32,000 nucleotides of DNA from Telmatocola sphagniphila (lineage in GTDB: Bacteria > Planctomycetota > Planctomycetia > Gemmatales > Gemmataceae): positions 5,430,001-5,462,000 of the forward strand of contig NZ_CP074694.1 of assembly GCF_018398935.1 (NCBI RefSeq). The letters run 5' to 3'. The notes under the pieces were generated by a model. That model did no database searches. It was not told the DNA's origin and was given only the letters and a program-made list of their open reading frames with translations. Both the position numbers and the translations under genes were made by a program. This document shows positions 22,880 through 31,608 of this stretch, piece by piece. Numbering within the stretch: the stretch's first letter is position 1; every line of letters begins with the position of its first letter.

Positions 22880-23791
22880 ATGCGCTTTACTCTCTCCTGT
22901 TTTTTGTTACTGGGACTTGGGAACTGGTTAACAACTCCCACCCGCGGCGAAGAGCCCGCGAAAATCACCCATTCTTTCCTGGCCACCGGAGGCGAGACCT
23001 ATCTGCTCGATGGTTCGGGCAAGGAACTCTGGAAATATCCCGGTTCCACTCGCGATGGCTGGGTACTGCCCAACGGCCATATCCTATTGGCCCTTTCCAA
23101 ATCGAAAGAGCATCCGCACGGGGCGATTGTCGAAGTGACCCGTGAAAACAAGGTCGTTTTTCAATTCGAAGGTTCCCAATCGGAAGTGAATACCGCGCAG
23201 GCTCTGGAAAACGGCAATTACCTGCTCACTGAAGCGGGCGACAAGCCCCGCTTGATGGAAGTAAATCCTCAAGGAAAAGTTGTCGTGGATGTGCCGTTGA
23301 AGGCTCAGACCAAGGACCACCATTTGCAAACCCGCATGGCCCGCAAACTGCCCAACGGAAACTATTTGGTGCCTCAGCTTCTGGATCAGGTGGTGCGCGA
23401 ATACAACGCGAAGGGCGAGGTGGTCTGGGAAGCCAAGACCCCTAATTGGGCCTTTACGGCCATTCGTCTCCCCGATGGTCATACGCTCATCGGCTGCACG
23501 CACGGCAATCAGATTGTCGAAGTGGATGCCAAGGGACAGAAGGTTTGGGAACTCAATAACGATGACCTTCCGAATAAGCCGATCAAGGATGCCTGCGGTG
23601 TGCAACGGTTACCCAACGGCCATACGGTTTTCACCAGCTACGCCGCCCGGCCGGGGGAATTGAAGCTGCTGGAAGTTACACCTGACAAGAAAATCGTGTG
23701 GACCTACACGGACAAACGCGGCGCAGGCATTCACACGTTTCAGATCCTGGATACTAACGGGAAAGTGCTGGACGGCCCGGCGATGAAATAG
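22880..23791 (+). CDS. Secreted beta-propeller repeat protein (PQQ-/ASST-like repeats), function unknown
   Basis: Start moved to ATG 22880 (GGAG 8 nt upstream, signal 'MRFTLSCFLLLGLG'). Repeated 'LPNGH/NGNYL...V.E.d..GkvVW' units suggest propeller blades. Confidence 0.5.
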   Translation: MRFTLSCFLLLGLGNWLTTPTRGEEPAKITHSFLATGGETYLLDGSGKELWKYPGSTRDGWVLPNGHILLALSKSKEHPHGAIVEVTRENKVVFQFEGSQSEVNTAQALENGNYLLTEAGDKPRLMEVNPQGKVVVDVPLKAQTKDHHLQTRMARKLPNGNYLVPQLLDQVVREYNAKGEVVWEAKTPNWAFTAIRLPDGHTLIGCTHGNQIVEVDAKGQKVWELNNDDLPNKPIKDACGVQRLPNGHTVFTSYAARPGELKLLEVTPDKKIVWTYTDKRGAGIHTFQILDTNGKVLDGPAMK

Positions 23792-23865
23792 GCTTGCGAC
23801 CTGATCCGTCGGGAATTAATCGGAAGATTGTCCTTTTCGCACACAAACTCGCTCAAGAGGTCGGT

Positions 23866-24387
23866 ATGAAAATCCGAATCATCAGCCTGATTGTTGTCGT
23901 TGGAATTCTTCTGACTTTAATTGCTATTCCTCTGGTGCAGAATCATTTGCAGGCTGCGAATCGTTTGAAAGTGGAGCATCGCTATTTGCTTGTGACTGTC
24001 GATGGCCCAGCAGATTGGCAAAATCAACACGCTGTCAGTTTGATTTGGAAGGAGAAGAAGATTTTCCTGCCGATTTTGATAAAAGTCGCACATGACAATG
24101 AGATTAGGATGGGAGCGGAAGCCAATAGTATCGTTGTAAAATCGGAGAAGTTCGAAGTTCAGATCCAGCCGGAGAGTACTTTTCTGGCGTCAAATAGGCC
24201 AGTCGTTACGTTTATTCCCGAAGGGCGATTGGACACGAACGCCTTTTCCATTGCGACTTGGGTAGTCATTTCACCCCAGAGGATGCCGCTCGAGAGGAAT
24301 TCTAAAAATCTCGAGGACGAACTCGCGCAAAAGGTGCAGAAATTGATCGCGGATGGAAATATTCTCGATTTGAGTTCCACCAAGTGA
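23866..24387 (+). CDS. Hypothetical membrane-anchored protein (AT-rich gene)
   Basis: Start moved to ATG 23866 (AGAGG upstream). N-terminal anchor 'MKIRIISLIVVVGILLTLIAIPLV'. No recognisable motif. Confidence 0.45.
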   Translation: MKIRIISLIVVVGILLTLIAIPLVQNHLQAANRLKVEHRYLLVTVDGPADWQNQHAVSLIWKEKKIFLPILIKVAHDNEIRMGAEANSIVVKSEKFEVQIQPESTFLASNRPVVTFIPEGRLDTNAFSIATWVVISPQRMPLERNSKNLEDELAQKVQKLIADGNILDLSSTK

Positions 24388-24451
24388 GTCTATCACAAGC
24401 GAATATTCATTCTCGAACAGCCTATTCAAGGAGTTTGACCAACGCGTTTCT

Positions 24452-25006
24452 TCAGCGATTCGCCGCAAGCAGATTGCAGAAGAGAATTCCTTGACCAATA
24501 GCATCCTCAAGGGCCTTGTGGTTGTGCGGCTGGTTCTCGAACCAATGTTTGGGCATATTTTTCTTTACTGCTTTCTTATAGTCGCATTTGAGCACGGCCA
24601 TCGCGTAACTCTTGATATCCAGTGCTGAAAAGGAGAAGGGCGATTCTCCGGCGAATCGAATCATGTACCAATACATGAACAGAAAATCGAAGCCCGCTGG
24701 GTAAGCCACGAAAACCGGCTTGCCAGGAAGGCTTTTCACCCAATTCACGTAGGATTTCATCGCCGCGTCGGGTTCTTGCAGATTGGTATGACAGGCGGCC
24801 CAGGCTTCCGGCTGAGTATTCCACCATTCTTTTGTGGTGGGATCCTCGACGGCTCCCGGAAGTGTCGCCAGGTTCGCTTCAAAAGTACCCAGGAGGGTCT
24901 TATCCGCTGCAAAAGCCGCCGAGCCGAAACTGAGCATGGAATTGGGACCCGGGATGGGCCCATCGGTTTCAATGTCCGTGCTAATGTAAATTTCTGTTTG
25001 AGGCAC
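24452..25006 (-). CDS. DEDDh-type 3'-5' exonuclease family protein (DnaQ-like fold)
   Basis: '[15 protein letters not shown]' (DxE), '[17 protein letters not shown]' (D), '[13 protein letters not shown]' (H-x4-D). Confidence 0.7.
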   Translation of the reverse strand: MPQTEIYISTDIETDGPIPGPNSMLSFGSAAFAADKTLLGTFEANLATLPGAVEDPTTKEWWNTQPEAWAACHTNLQEPDAAMKSYVNWVKSLPGKPVFVAYPAGFDFLFMYWYMIRFAGESPFSFSALDIKSYAMAVLKCDYKKAVKKNMPKHWFENQPHNHKALEDAIGQGILFCNLLAANR

Positions 25007-25048
25007 TCAAGGACTCCATGTGTCTCCTAGACTGAAGTTAAACCGGTG

Positions 25049-25606
25049 CTAGGCACTAGGCGAGATCTTTTCGCTCTGAATTGCAGGTTTTGAATCAGGC
25101 ACAAGGTTGGAGATGGCTTTCTGCAAACACCATTTTTCAGTAAGTACAGAAAGGACAAAAATAAAAATACAAATTGGAACGAAGATCAAACCAAATATCC
25201 AGATGCGATCCAAAGATAAAATCAGCAGAGACCCTAGACAAAAAGTAAATGTGTTCCAGAAAAAGTACAAATAAAATAAATTAATTCCAATCGAATAATA
25301 TATCCTCGTTCCACCTTCGATCGATTCAAATTGACCAGTCAGTTTCAGACTAAGACTAAAACTAGTCCTTAATTCATGATACGCTATCTTTCTATAAATC
25401 TGAAAGCCGGTCTCACTAACGTTACCGCGTATTAGTGCTGAATAGTTTGGATTCAAATAGGGGTTGTCGAAGATGAAACCCGGAATACCTGAGGCGGGAG
25501 ATTCCTCAAATTTCTTCTGGAACCGCTCGATCAGAACGGGGATCGGCTCTTTAGTGAATAATTCGTAGTGAAAGGGCATGGATTTCTCGAAAAATGGCGC
25601 CGACAA
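25049..25606 (-). CDS. Hypothetical membrane protein (very AT-rich gene)
   Basis: 185 aa: a soluble N-terminal half, then two or three hydrophobic helices ('LFYLYFFWNTFTFCLGSLLILSL', 'IWIFGLIFVPICIFIFVLSVL'). Sampled 60-nt lines in this gene have 27-38% GC, against about 60% in ruvB. Confidence 0.45.
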   Translation of the reverse strand: MSAPFFEKSMPFHYELFTKEPIPVLIERFQKKFEESPASGIPGFIFDNPYLNPNYSALIRGNVSETGFQIYRKIAYHELRTSFSLSLKLTGQFESIEGGTRIYYSIGINLFYLYFFWNTFTFCLGSLLILSLDRIWIFGLIFVPICIFIFVLSVLTEKWCLQKAISNLVPDSKPAIQSEKISPSA

Positions 25607-25647
25607 GCTCTTCGTCCACCAAAGAGCTTGCCTCGCAAAATCAACTT

Positions 25648-26943
25648 CTAGTTCGTCCCACTAATGTCGTAGCAGTAAATCAGATCGTAGTTGCGTACGA
25701 ACAGTTTTCCATTAGCCACTACCGGATGCGGCCAGTTCTTGCCACCCTTGTGGGCCAGAGAAGTCAATTGCGGCAATTCAAAGCGCCCCTTCTCAATCCA
25801 GCCTTTCGGTGAGGCCTCGATCATCACAATCGTTCCTTTATCCTCGGCCTGCAGAATGAAATTTCCATTGGCGTAAGTGATGCAACCCTTACCGAGTTTC
25901 TTCGAACTCCAGACCGGCTCTTCAGATTCCTTCAGGAAATCCAGGCACTCCCAGATGCCTCCTTTATCGTTGAAACCGTAGATCTTGTCATTCACTCGAA
26001 CCACGCCGCCATGATGGTTGATCATCGCTTTGTTGGCGTAGACCTTCTCGGCCTTGGTACCGTCGCCGTCCTTGCTGAGCTTGATCAATTCACAACCGAC
26101 CTGGTAACCGGTCGTGCAGAAGACGTGATGATCGTAATACACCGGTGTGGGGATCACGGCGGTCCGCCGTCCGAGATTCTTCTGCTGCCAGAGTAGCTTG
26201 CCGTCCGAGGCACGGACGCCGAAGGAGCTTTCCATCGACTGCTGAATGTACTGTTTCACACCATCCACATCGGCGATGATGATCGAAGAGTAGCCCGCAC
26301 CGTCCTTGAGTTCCTTGCAGGCCCAGATCGTCTCCCCGGTCGTTTTGTTCAAGGCAACTACCGCGCCTTTGCCGCCGCCGGGGGTAAGGACCACTTTATC
26401 GCCATCGATCAGCGGCGATTCCGCGTAGCCCCAAGTTGGTATGCCGCCGCCAAAATCCTTCACCAGGTTCTTATTCCAAACCGGGCTGCCGTCTTTGGTG
26501 TTCAGGCAGACCAGGTCTCCCTTGGCACCCAGCACGTAGAGTTTATCGCCGTCAACCGTGGGGGTGCCGCGCGGGCCGTTGCCGTAACCGAAGTTATACT
26601 TCCCGTCGGTGGTGCCCAGCGCGTGCTTCCAGACTTCCTTGCCGGTTTTTTCATTCAGGCAAAGGACGTATTCATCTTTGCCGGTATCGACATCGTCGCT
26701 GCCCATCAGGTAAACGAACCCTTTGGCGACCGAAACGCTGCCATGCCCGGTGCCGGCTTTATCGAATTTCCACAGCAGCTTCGGGCCGGCTTTGGGCCAT
26801 TCTTTCAGCAGATGCTTTTCTTCGGAAATGCCATCGCGGTTGGGGCCGCGCCACTGCGGCCAGTCGGCCGCTAGCGCAAGACCCGTGATTCCCAGCGTAC
26901 TTGCCAGACTGACTACTAATCGACCCAGTTTCATGAATGTCAC
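25648..26943 (-). CDS. Secreted PQQ-like beta-propeller repeat protein
   Basis: Signal 'MKLGRLVVSLASTLGITGLALA', then 'DWPQWRGPNRDGISEE', the typical opening of this family. Repeated 'G..vW..' blades to the C-terminus. Confidence 0.8.
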   Translation of the reverse strand: MTFMKLGRLVVSLASTLGITGLALAADWPQWRGPNRDGISEEKHLLKEWPKAGPKLLWKFDKAGTGHGSVSVAKGFVYLMGSDDVDTGKDEYVLCLNEKTGKEVWKHALGTTDGKYNFGYGNGPRGTPTVDGDKLYVLGAKGDLVCLNTKDGSPVWNKNLVKDFGGGIPTWGYAESPLIDGDKVVLTPGGGKGAVVALNKTTGETIWACKELKDGAGYSSIIIADVDGVKQYIQQSMESSFGVRASDGKLLWQQKNLGRRTAVIPTPVYYDHHVFCTTGYQVGCELIKLSKDGDGTKAEKVYANKAMINHHGGVVRVNDKIYGFNDKGGIWECLDFLKESEEPVWSSKKLGKGCITYANGNFILQAEDKGTIVMIEASPKGWIEKGRFELPQLTSLAHKGGKNWPHPVVANGKLFVRNYDLIYCYDISGTN

Positions 26944-27155
26944 CCAGTTCCGAATGGAAATTATGGAAGGAAGTTTCGGCCCCTAGGCCGTCAAGCCTTG
27001 GGAGAGATGTTGTGATTTTAGCTGGCGGTGAAAAGTAGTAAAAGAAAATAAACTACTCAATCTGGCCCGGATGCCGTTCGTTTGCGCTGTATTCCGCTGC
27101 CTTTTCCGATTAAAATAAAAGCGATTTCCTCCGTGCCGCCACTGAGTTTTGAACC

Positions 27156-28970
27156 ATGAAAAAAGCCTCTCTCTGTCTGGTCCTGTTATGCTGCTTGGGA
27201 TTTTTCTGCCCGCTACCGGCTCAGAGTCCGGCGGCGGACTCCGCCAAGAAAAGCGATAGCAATGCGTTCGACGCCAAATCGGTCTACCTGGAGCTGTTCA
27301 AGAGCGGCAAACTGTTCGATAAGCGTGAGTACAAGACGGTGCGCGCGGCCGTCTGCAAGGCGTTCGAGCAGGCCCACCGCGTCGATATCAAGGAAGGGCT
27401 GGGAAAGGACGCCGAGGCGATGAACGAATGGTTCGCCAAGAACGTCGATATCAAGGAAGAGTTTTACACTGCTCTGGATGAAAACTACGACGATCTGATC
27501 CAGGCCATCAGCCTGTTTCGCAATATGTGGAAGGCCAATCCGGAAGCGGTGAAGAACTATCCCAATCTGGCGATTGCCGTGGCCGTGGTGTGGGATAAGC
27601 CCGGCGAAGATCTCTACGATTATCGCGGCCATCAGGTGCGAACGCATAGCCTGTTGCCGGCGGGCGTCAACAAGATTACCGCCCTGGAAAATTTTAAATA
27701 TTTCGTCGATCAGGCCAAGGCAATTCAAGCCAAGGAACCGGCCATCCGCATTCAATTTCTGCCCTGGGAGTTTCAGGTCTATCTGGTGGATACCCGCACG
27801 CCGATCCAGGAGCGGGAATGGGCCGTGCAGAACTATCTGCCCAAAAGACAGCTGATTGGCAAAGCCTATTTCGATTGCAAGTACGATACGGAAATGCTGC
27901 AGAGTGGCGGCGAAGTCTGCAAACTGGCCGGGAAGCCCTACACGCTGGAAAGCCTCAAAAATTACGGCGGAGTTTGTGCCATGCAGGCCGACTTTGCGGC
28001 TCGGGTGGCGAAAAGTCTGGCCGTACCCGCAGCGTACGTCGGCGGCGAATCGGCCACGCTCGATCTGCACGCCTGGGTGATGTACGTACAGGTGACCGGA
28101 GTGCAGAAGGATAAAGTGAACTTCCTCCTCGAATCGGAAGGGCGCTACGGTACCGACAATTACTACACCGGTAACTTGAAAGATCCCCAGACCGGCCAGC
28201 AGATTCTCGATCGCGACATGGAACGCCGGCTCAGTGCCGTGGCGCAGGATCGCGTCGGTAAACGGCTCTCCGACCTTAACATGCGCATCTATCAGGTACT
28301 TCTGGACGAATTGAAGGCGCAAAAGAAACGCATCGCATTTCTCGACGCGAATCTGAAACTCTGCCACTACAACGAAGGGGCCTGGCTGGAATTCGCGGAG
28401 ATGGTCAAAAGCGGCGATCTTTCAAATTCCTCCGATTTGAAGTCGGCTGTGCTCAGCCACTGGAATTCGATGCTGGTGAACTTTGCGAAATATCCTGACT
28501 TCACCTGGAAAGTCTCGCCCGATCTCGCTTTGATCAACAAGGAAACCAAGCCGGAGCGCAATTCGATGTACAAGCGGTTGATCGATCTCTACGAGAAAGG
28601 CAACCGGCCCGACCTGGCTTGCGATGCCCGGTTGAAGCTGGCCGAGTTTCAGCAGGAAGACAAGCAGTACTCCCAGGCGGCTGTCGGGTTGAATCAGACC
28701 ATTCAAAAATTCCCGAACGAAGGGCGCTACATACCGAAATTGATGAAGGCCCTCAACGAAGCGTGCGGAAAATATCCCGAGGGCAAAGCCTATCTCACCA
28801 AGGCCTACATCAATCTGGTCACGAACATCAAGCCCAAGCGCGGCGCGGAACCGACCAAGTATGCCCTGGCGATGTACAAGGAAGCGGTTGAATTTTTGGA
28901 GAAGGATAAGAAGAACGACCAGATCGTGAAGCAGATCCGCAATCAGATGAATCAATTATCTGGCCGCTAA
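27156..28970 (+). CDS. Secreted transglutaminase-like (Cys-His-Asp fold) domain protein with a helical-repeat C-terminus
   Basis: Signal 'MKKASLCLVLLCCLGFFCPLPAQ'. 'YGGVCAMQADFAARVAKSLAVPAAYVGG...LHAWVMYV' matches the transglutaminase-core Cys...His spacing. The C-terminal third is helical and TPR-like. Confidence 0.5.
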   Translation: MKKASLCLVLLCCLGFFCPLPAQSPAADSAKKSDSNAFDAKSVYLELFKSGKLFDKREYKTVRAAVCKAFEQAHRVDIKEGLGKDAEAMNEWFAKNVDIKEEFYTALDENYDDLIQAISLFRNMWKANPEAVKNYPNLAIAVAVVWDKPGEDLYDYRGHQVRTHSLLPAGVNKITALENFKYFVDQAKAIQAKEPAIRIQFLPWEFQVYLVDTRTPIQEREWAVQNYLPKRQLIGKAYFDCKYDTEMLQSGGEVCKLAGKPYTLESLKNYGGVCAMQADFAARVAKSLAVPAAYVGGESATLDLHAWVMYVQVTGVQKDKVNFLLESEGRYGTDNYYTGNLKDPQTGQQILDRDMERRLSAVAQDRVGKRLSDLNMRIYQVLLDELKAQKKRIAFLDANLKLCHYNEGAWLEFAEMVKSGDLSNSSDLKSAVLSHWNSMLVNFAKYPDFTWKVSPDLALINKETKPERNSMYKRLIDLYEKGNRPDLACDARLKLAEFQQEDKQYSQAAVGLNQTIQKFPNEGRYIPKLMKALNEACGKYPEGKAYLTKAYINLVTNIKPKRGAEPTKYALAMYKEAVEFLEKDKKNDQIVKQIRNQMNQLSGR

Positions 28971-28987
28971 AAAAAAGGAGCCTGCTG

Positions 28988-29248
28988 TTGAAGGAAACCC
29001 TCGTCAACGCTGCAAATGTGCTTGTGCCAGCATACTTGGCTCTCATCAAAAAAGGTTATTCAGTGAAACGCTTGAGTCCCTCCAAGCACGGGAAGCCAGA
29101 GGAATGGTGTGCAACGAAGGGTCGGGATCGCTTCCTTGCAGAAGATACTTTGAGTTTACTGGGAATTGTGTCGCTATACGAGCTAAGAGGTCATCCGTGG
29201 CAGGCTTCGGACATTGAGATTGAGTCTTTCTTCGAGCAGTTCCCTTAG
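28988..29248 (+). CDS. Small hypothetical protein (TTG start)
   Basis: AAGGAG at 28974-28979, 8 nt before TTG 28988. 86-aa ORF with no recognised motif. Confidence 0.35.
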   Translation: MKETLVNAANVLVPAYLALIKKGYSVKRLSPSKHGKPEEWCATKGRDRFLAEDTLSLLGIVSLYELRGHPWQASDIEIESFFEQFP

Positions 29249-29538
29249 TTCCGCCGACATTCCCAACGAAAAGAGAATTTTTGACCCGATAATACAAACC
29301 GATTTACGCAAAATACAGCCGGCTCTTCAGTTCATCTTCTGAGCCGAACCTCTCCAAAGTTTCGTTGAGACTAAACCAAATACTTTTTCGGGATTTCTCA
29401 GAATCCTTGAGTTAACACCAACCCATGAGAAATCACATTGAAATACATGGGTCGTTCCGGTTCGTTTATTTGCAATTATCTCGAATTCTAATGCAACCCC
29501 GGTTCGACCACCTGTTGTTGGATACTTTTGGCCGTCGC

Positions 29539-30873
29539 TCAATTGGTCGCGATGAGCTTGACTTCGAAGATGAGGTCCGAATTCGGAGGAATCGAAGTTC
29601 CCGAACCGGTCGAACCGTAAGCGATGGCGGCCGGCAGATACATGAAGCGGATGCCGCCCAGTTGCATGCCTTGCAGACCTTCCTTGAAGCCCTGAATCAA
29701 CCCGGAAGGGCTGAACACAGCCGGTGAACCACTGGTGAGCGAGGAATCGAATACCGTTCCATTGCTGACCAGCCAGCCGGTGTAGAAGACCGAGACCGAA
29801 GTCGTGTTCGCGTTCACCGCAGCGCCCGAGCCCACGGAGACATCCCAAATCTTCAGGCCGTCGGTACCCAAAGCTTGGAAGCTCGAGGAGTTGGCGGCTG
29901 GCATGGTGCTGGAAATGCCCTGCGCGGTTCGCAGCGACTGGATCGAGGTTGAAGCCGAAGTATTGCCGATCCCCGAGCTGTTCTGAGCGGCGCCCGTCGC
30001 CACCGATACCGAAACCACACCATCGGCCGTCGGGATGACACCGAAGGTATAGGTGGTCGAGTTCACGGCGGTGAAATTCGTGACCGTGCCATTGGTGGCC
30101 GTGATGCCCGAAGCGCTAAATCCGGTGACCGGTTGCGAGAACGTTGCGGTGTAGGTGATTGGCGAGAGCAGGGTTGGGTTACCGGTCGTGGTAGAGAGTA
30201 CCACCGTCGGGGCAACGTTACTCGGCGGCGTGACAGGCGTGGTCGACGAAGGTGGGGAACCCGGACCGAAGCTGTTCACCAGATAGCCTTGTTCGAAATT
30301 ATTGCCGACACTGCCGTAGCTGTTGCTGCCGCTACCGCCGTGGATCAGGACTTCGCCGCCGAAGTCATTCCCGGCCAGGGCCATGTAGTTGTTGCCGTTA
30401 CCAGTTACCAGGGAGAACATCTGGTTGATCGTGGTATCGGTCAAAGTAATCGTGTTGTTGCCCGCCCCGACGGCGATCACGGCTCCTTCATTGGCCGAGA
30501 CACCCAGCAATTGAACCGAGTTGTTACCATCGCCGGTCATCAGCATGATCGTGTCTTGAGCGTTCAGGCCCTTGAGGACGATCGCATTATCGCCGCCGCC
30601 GTCGACGATGTGATAGCCCTTGCGAATGCCCGACACCGTTACGGAGCTGGTGCCGTTGATGGTCGTATTGGAGTTCAGAGCGGTAATCGTGGCGTCGGTG
30701 CCCCCGTAGCTCGCGATCTGGAATTGGTTCGATTGCGAATCCCCCAGAACGTAGAGGACGCCGTCGAAAACCTGTGCGGCGACGTTGCTCGAAAGTACCC
30801 GACGGTCTTCGAGAGCTTCCACGCTCGGGCGAAAGCGGAACGGGACGGAATTGACAATTTTCTTAGAACTCAT
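29539..30873 (-). CDS. Secreted multidomain protein: N-terminal 'ALEDRRVLSS' motif, beta-helix-like repeats, Ig-like domain, C-terminal FKBP-type peptidyl-prolyl isomerase domain
   Basis: Start moved to ATG 30873 (GGAGAGG upstream). 'FRFRPSVEALEDRRVLSS'. Gly/Asn-rich repeats 'GDGNNSVQL...GAGNNTITL...GNGNNYMAL...GSGSNSYG'. 'TATFSQPVTGFSASGITATNGTVTNFTAV' is Ig-like. The FKBP block is 'VSVFYTGWLVSNGTVFDSS...GLIQGFKEGLQGMQLGGIRFMYLPAAIAYG...IPPNSDLIFEVKL'. Confidence 0.8.
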   Translation of the reverse strand: MSSKKIVNSVPFRFRPSVEALEDRRVLSSNVAAQVFDGVLYVLGDSQSNQFQIASYGGTDATITALNSNTTINGTSSVTVSGIRKGYHIVDGGGDNAIVLKGLNAQDTIMLMTGDGNNSVQLLGVSANEGAVIAVGAGNNTITLTDTTINQMFSLVTGNGNNYMALAGNDFGGEVLIHGGSGSNSYGSVGNNFEQGYLVNSFGPGSPPSSTTPVTPPSNVAPTVVLSTTTGNPTLLSPITYTATFSQPVTGFSASGITATNGTVTNFTAVNSTTYTFGVIPTADGVVSVSVATGAAQNSSGIGNTSASTSIQSLRTAQGISSTMPAANSSSFQALGTDGLKIWDVSVGSGAAVNANTTSVSVFYTGWLVSNGTVFDSSLTSGSPAVFSPSGLIQGFKEGLQGMQLGGIRFMYLPAAIAYGSTGSGTSIPPNSDLIFEVKLIATN

Positions 30874-31158
30874 GAGCCTCTCCACGGATGACACAGCACC
30901 AAGATAATCGGAAGATCTGGGATCGGAAATCACTCCGCAATACCGGTAAAAGATCCCAATTCAGTAAGCCAAGCAAACCGTAACACTTATGACGATGTTG
31001 CCGGTAGGGCCGTTTGGGTTTTTCGCCCGTTTTTTCTACGCGATCGGTACATTTTACCCATACGAGTGTCCTAATCCAATTTTGACCGATATCCACCTGT
31101 TAAAACCGGCTTATTTAGCCAATCGAAAATTCTCATCAATTTCTCCCTTGACCTGAAT

Positions 31159-31197
31159 AGACATTCTGTCTTATGATGCTCGAAGACAATTTGTCTT
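31159..31197. promoter_or_regulatory. Tandem dyad operators (AGACA-N3-TGTCT, twice) upstream of the blaI-like gene
   Basis: AGACA-TTC-TGTCT at 31159-31171 and AAGACAA-T-TTGTCTT (a perfect 15-bp palindrome) at 31183-31197, with centres 25 bp apart. The second abuts the AAGGAG SD (31199-31204). The ACA/TGT core resembles BlaI/MecI/CopY boxes. Confidence 0.6.
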
Positions 31198-31211
31198 AAA
31201 GGAGTTTGGCC

Positions 31212-31607
31212 ATGGCTCGGACGGCTCGGGATGTGACGGATGCGGAACTGGCAATCCTGGAACTGTTGTGGGCGAACGGCCCGTGCAGCGTTCGCCAACT
31301 GGCGGAAATCCAACAGCAGGCGGGAGCCCCGACGCAGGCCGCCACCGTGCAGAAGTTGCTGGAACGACTGGAAAGCAAGGAGTGGGTGGAGCGCCGGCGG
31401 GACGAACCGGTGATGCGATTCTCTGCCCTGGGAAATCGCGACGATCTGATCGGCCAACGGCTGCAGTCGATCGCCGAGCAGCTTTGTGAAGGATCGCTGA
31501 CACCTTTGCTGACTCATCTGGTGAAACAAGAACGGCTCACCAATAAGGACCGCCAGCAGCTCAAGCAGTTGATCGAAGATCTCGACAGCAAGAAGAAGGG
31601 GGTGTGA
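31212..31607 (+). CDS. BlaI/MecI/CopY-family transcriptional repressor
   Basis: 'LTDAELAILELLWANGPCSVRQLAE...AATVQKLLERLESKEWVERRRD' is a winged helix, followed by a C-terminal dimerisation helix. ATG 31212 is 7 nt after AAGGAG (the track ORF begins at TTG 31206). Followed by a BlaR1-like gene with a 1-nt gap. Confidence 0.85.
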   Translation: MARTARDVTDAELAILELLWANGPCSVRQLAEIQQQAGAPTQAATVQKLLERLESKEWVERRRDEPVMRFSALGNRDDLIGQRLQSIAEQLCEGSLTPLLTHLVKQERLTNKDRQQLKQLIEDLDSKKKGV

Positions 31608-31608
31608 G

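Noticed and set aside
27213-28367. 384-aa ORF antisense to the transglutaminase-like gene
   Set aside because: It has no motif, signal or SD. The plus-strand ORF is longer, and has a signal peptide and a Cys...His core block. This is a typical shadow ORF.
30853-30864. Third BlaI-type operator (GACAATTTTCTT) inside the FKBP-fusion gene's 5' end
   Set aside because: It lacks one base of the dyad, so it is not a palindrome, and it lies inside coding sequence. It is mentioned only as a degenerate match under the operator finding.
30133-30891. 252-aa plus-strand ORF opposite the FKBP-fusion gene
   Set aside because: It is a shadow ORF. The minus-strand frame ends in an unmistakable FKBP domain and has a good SD and start.
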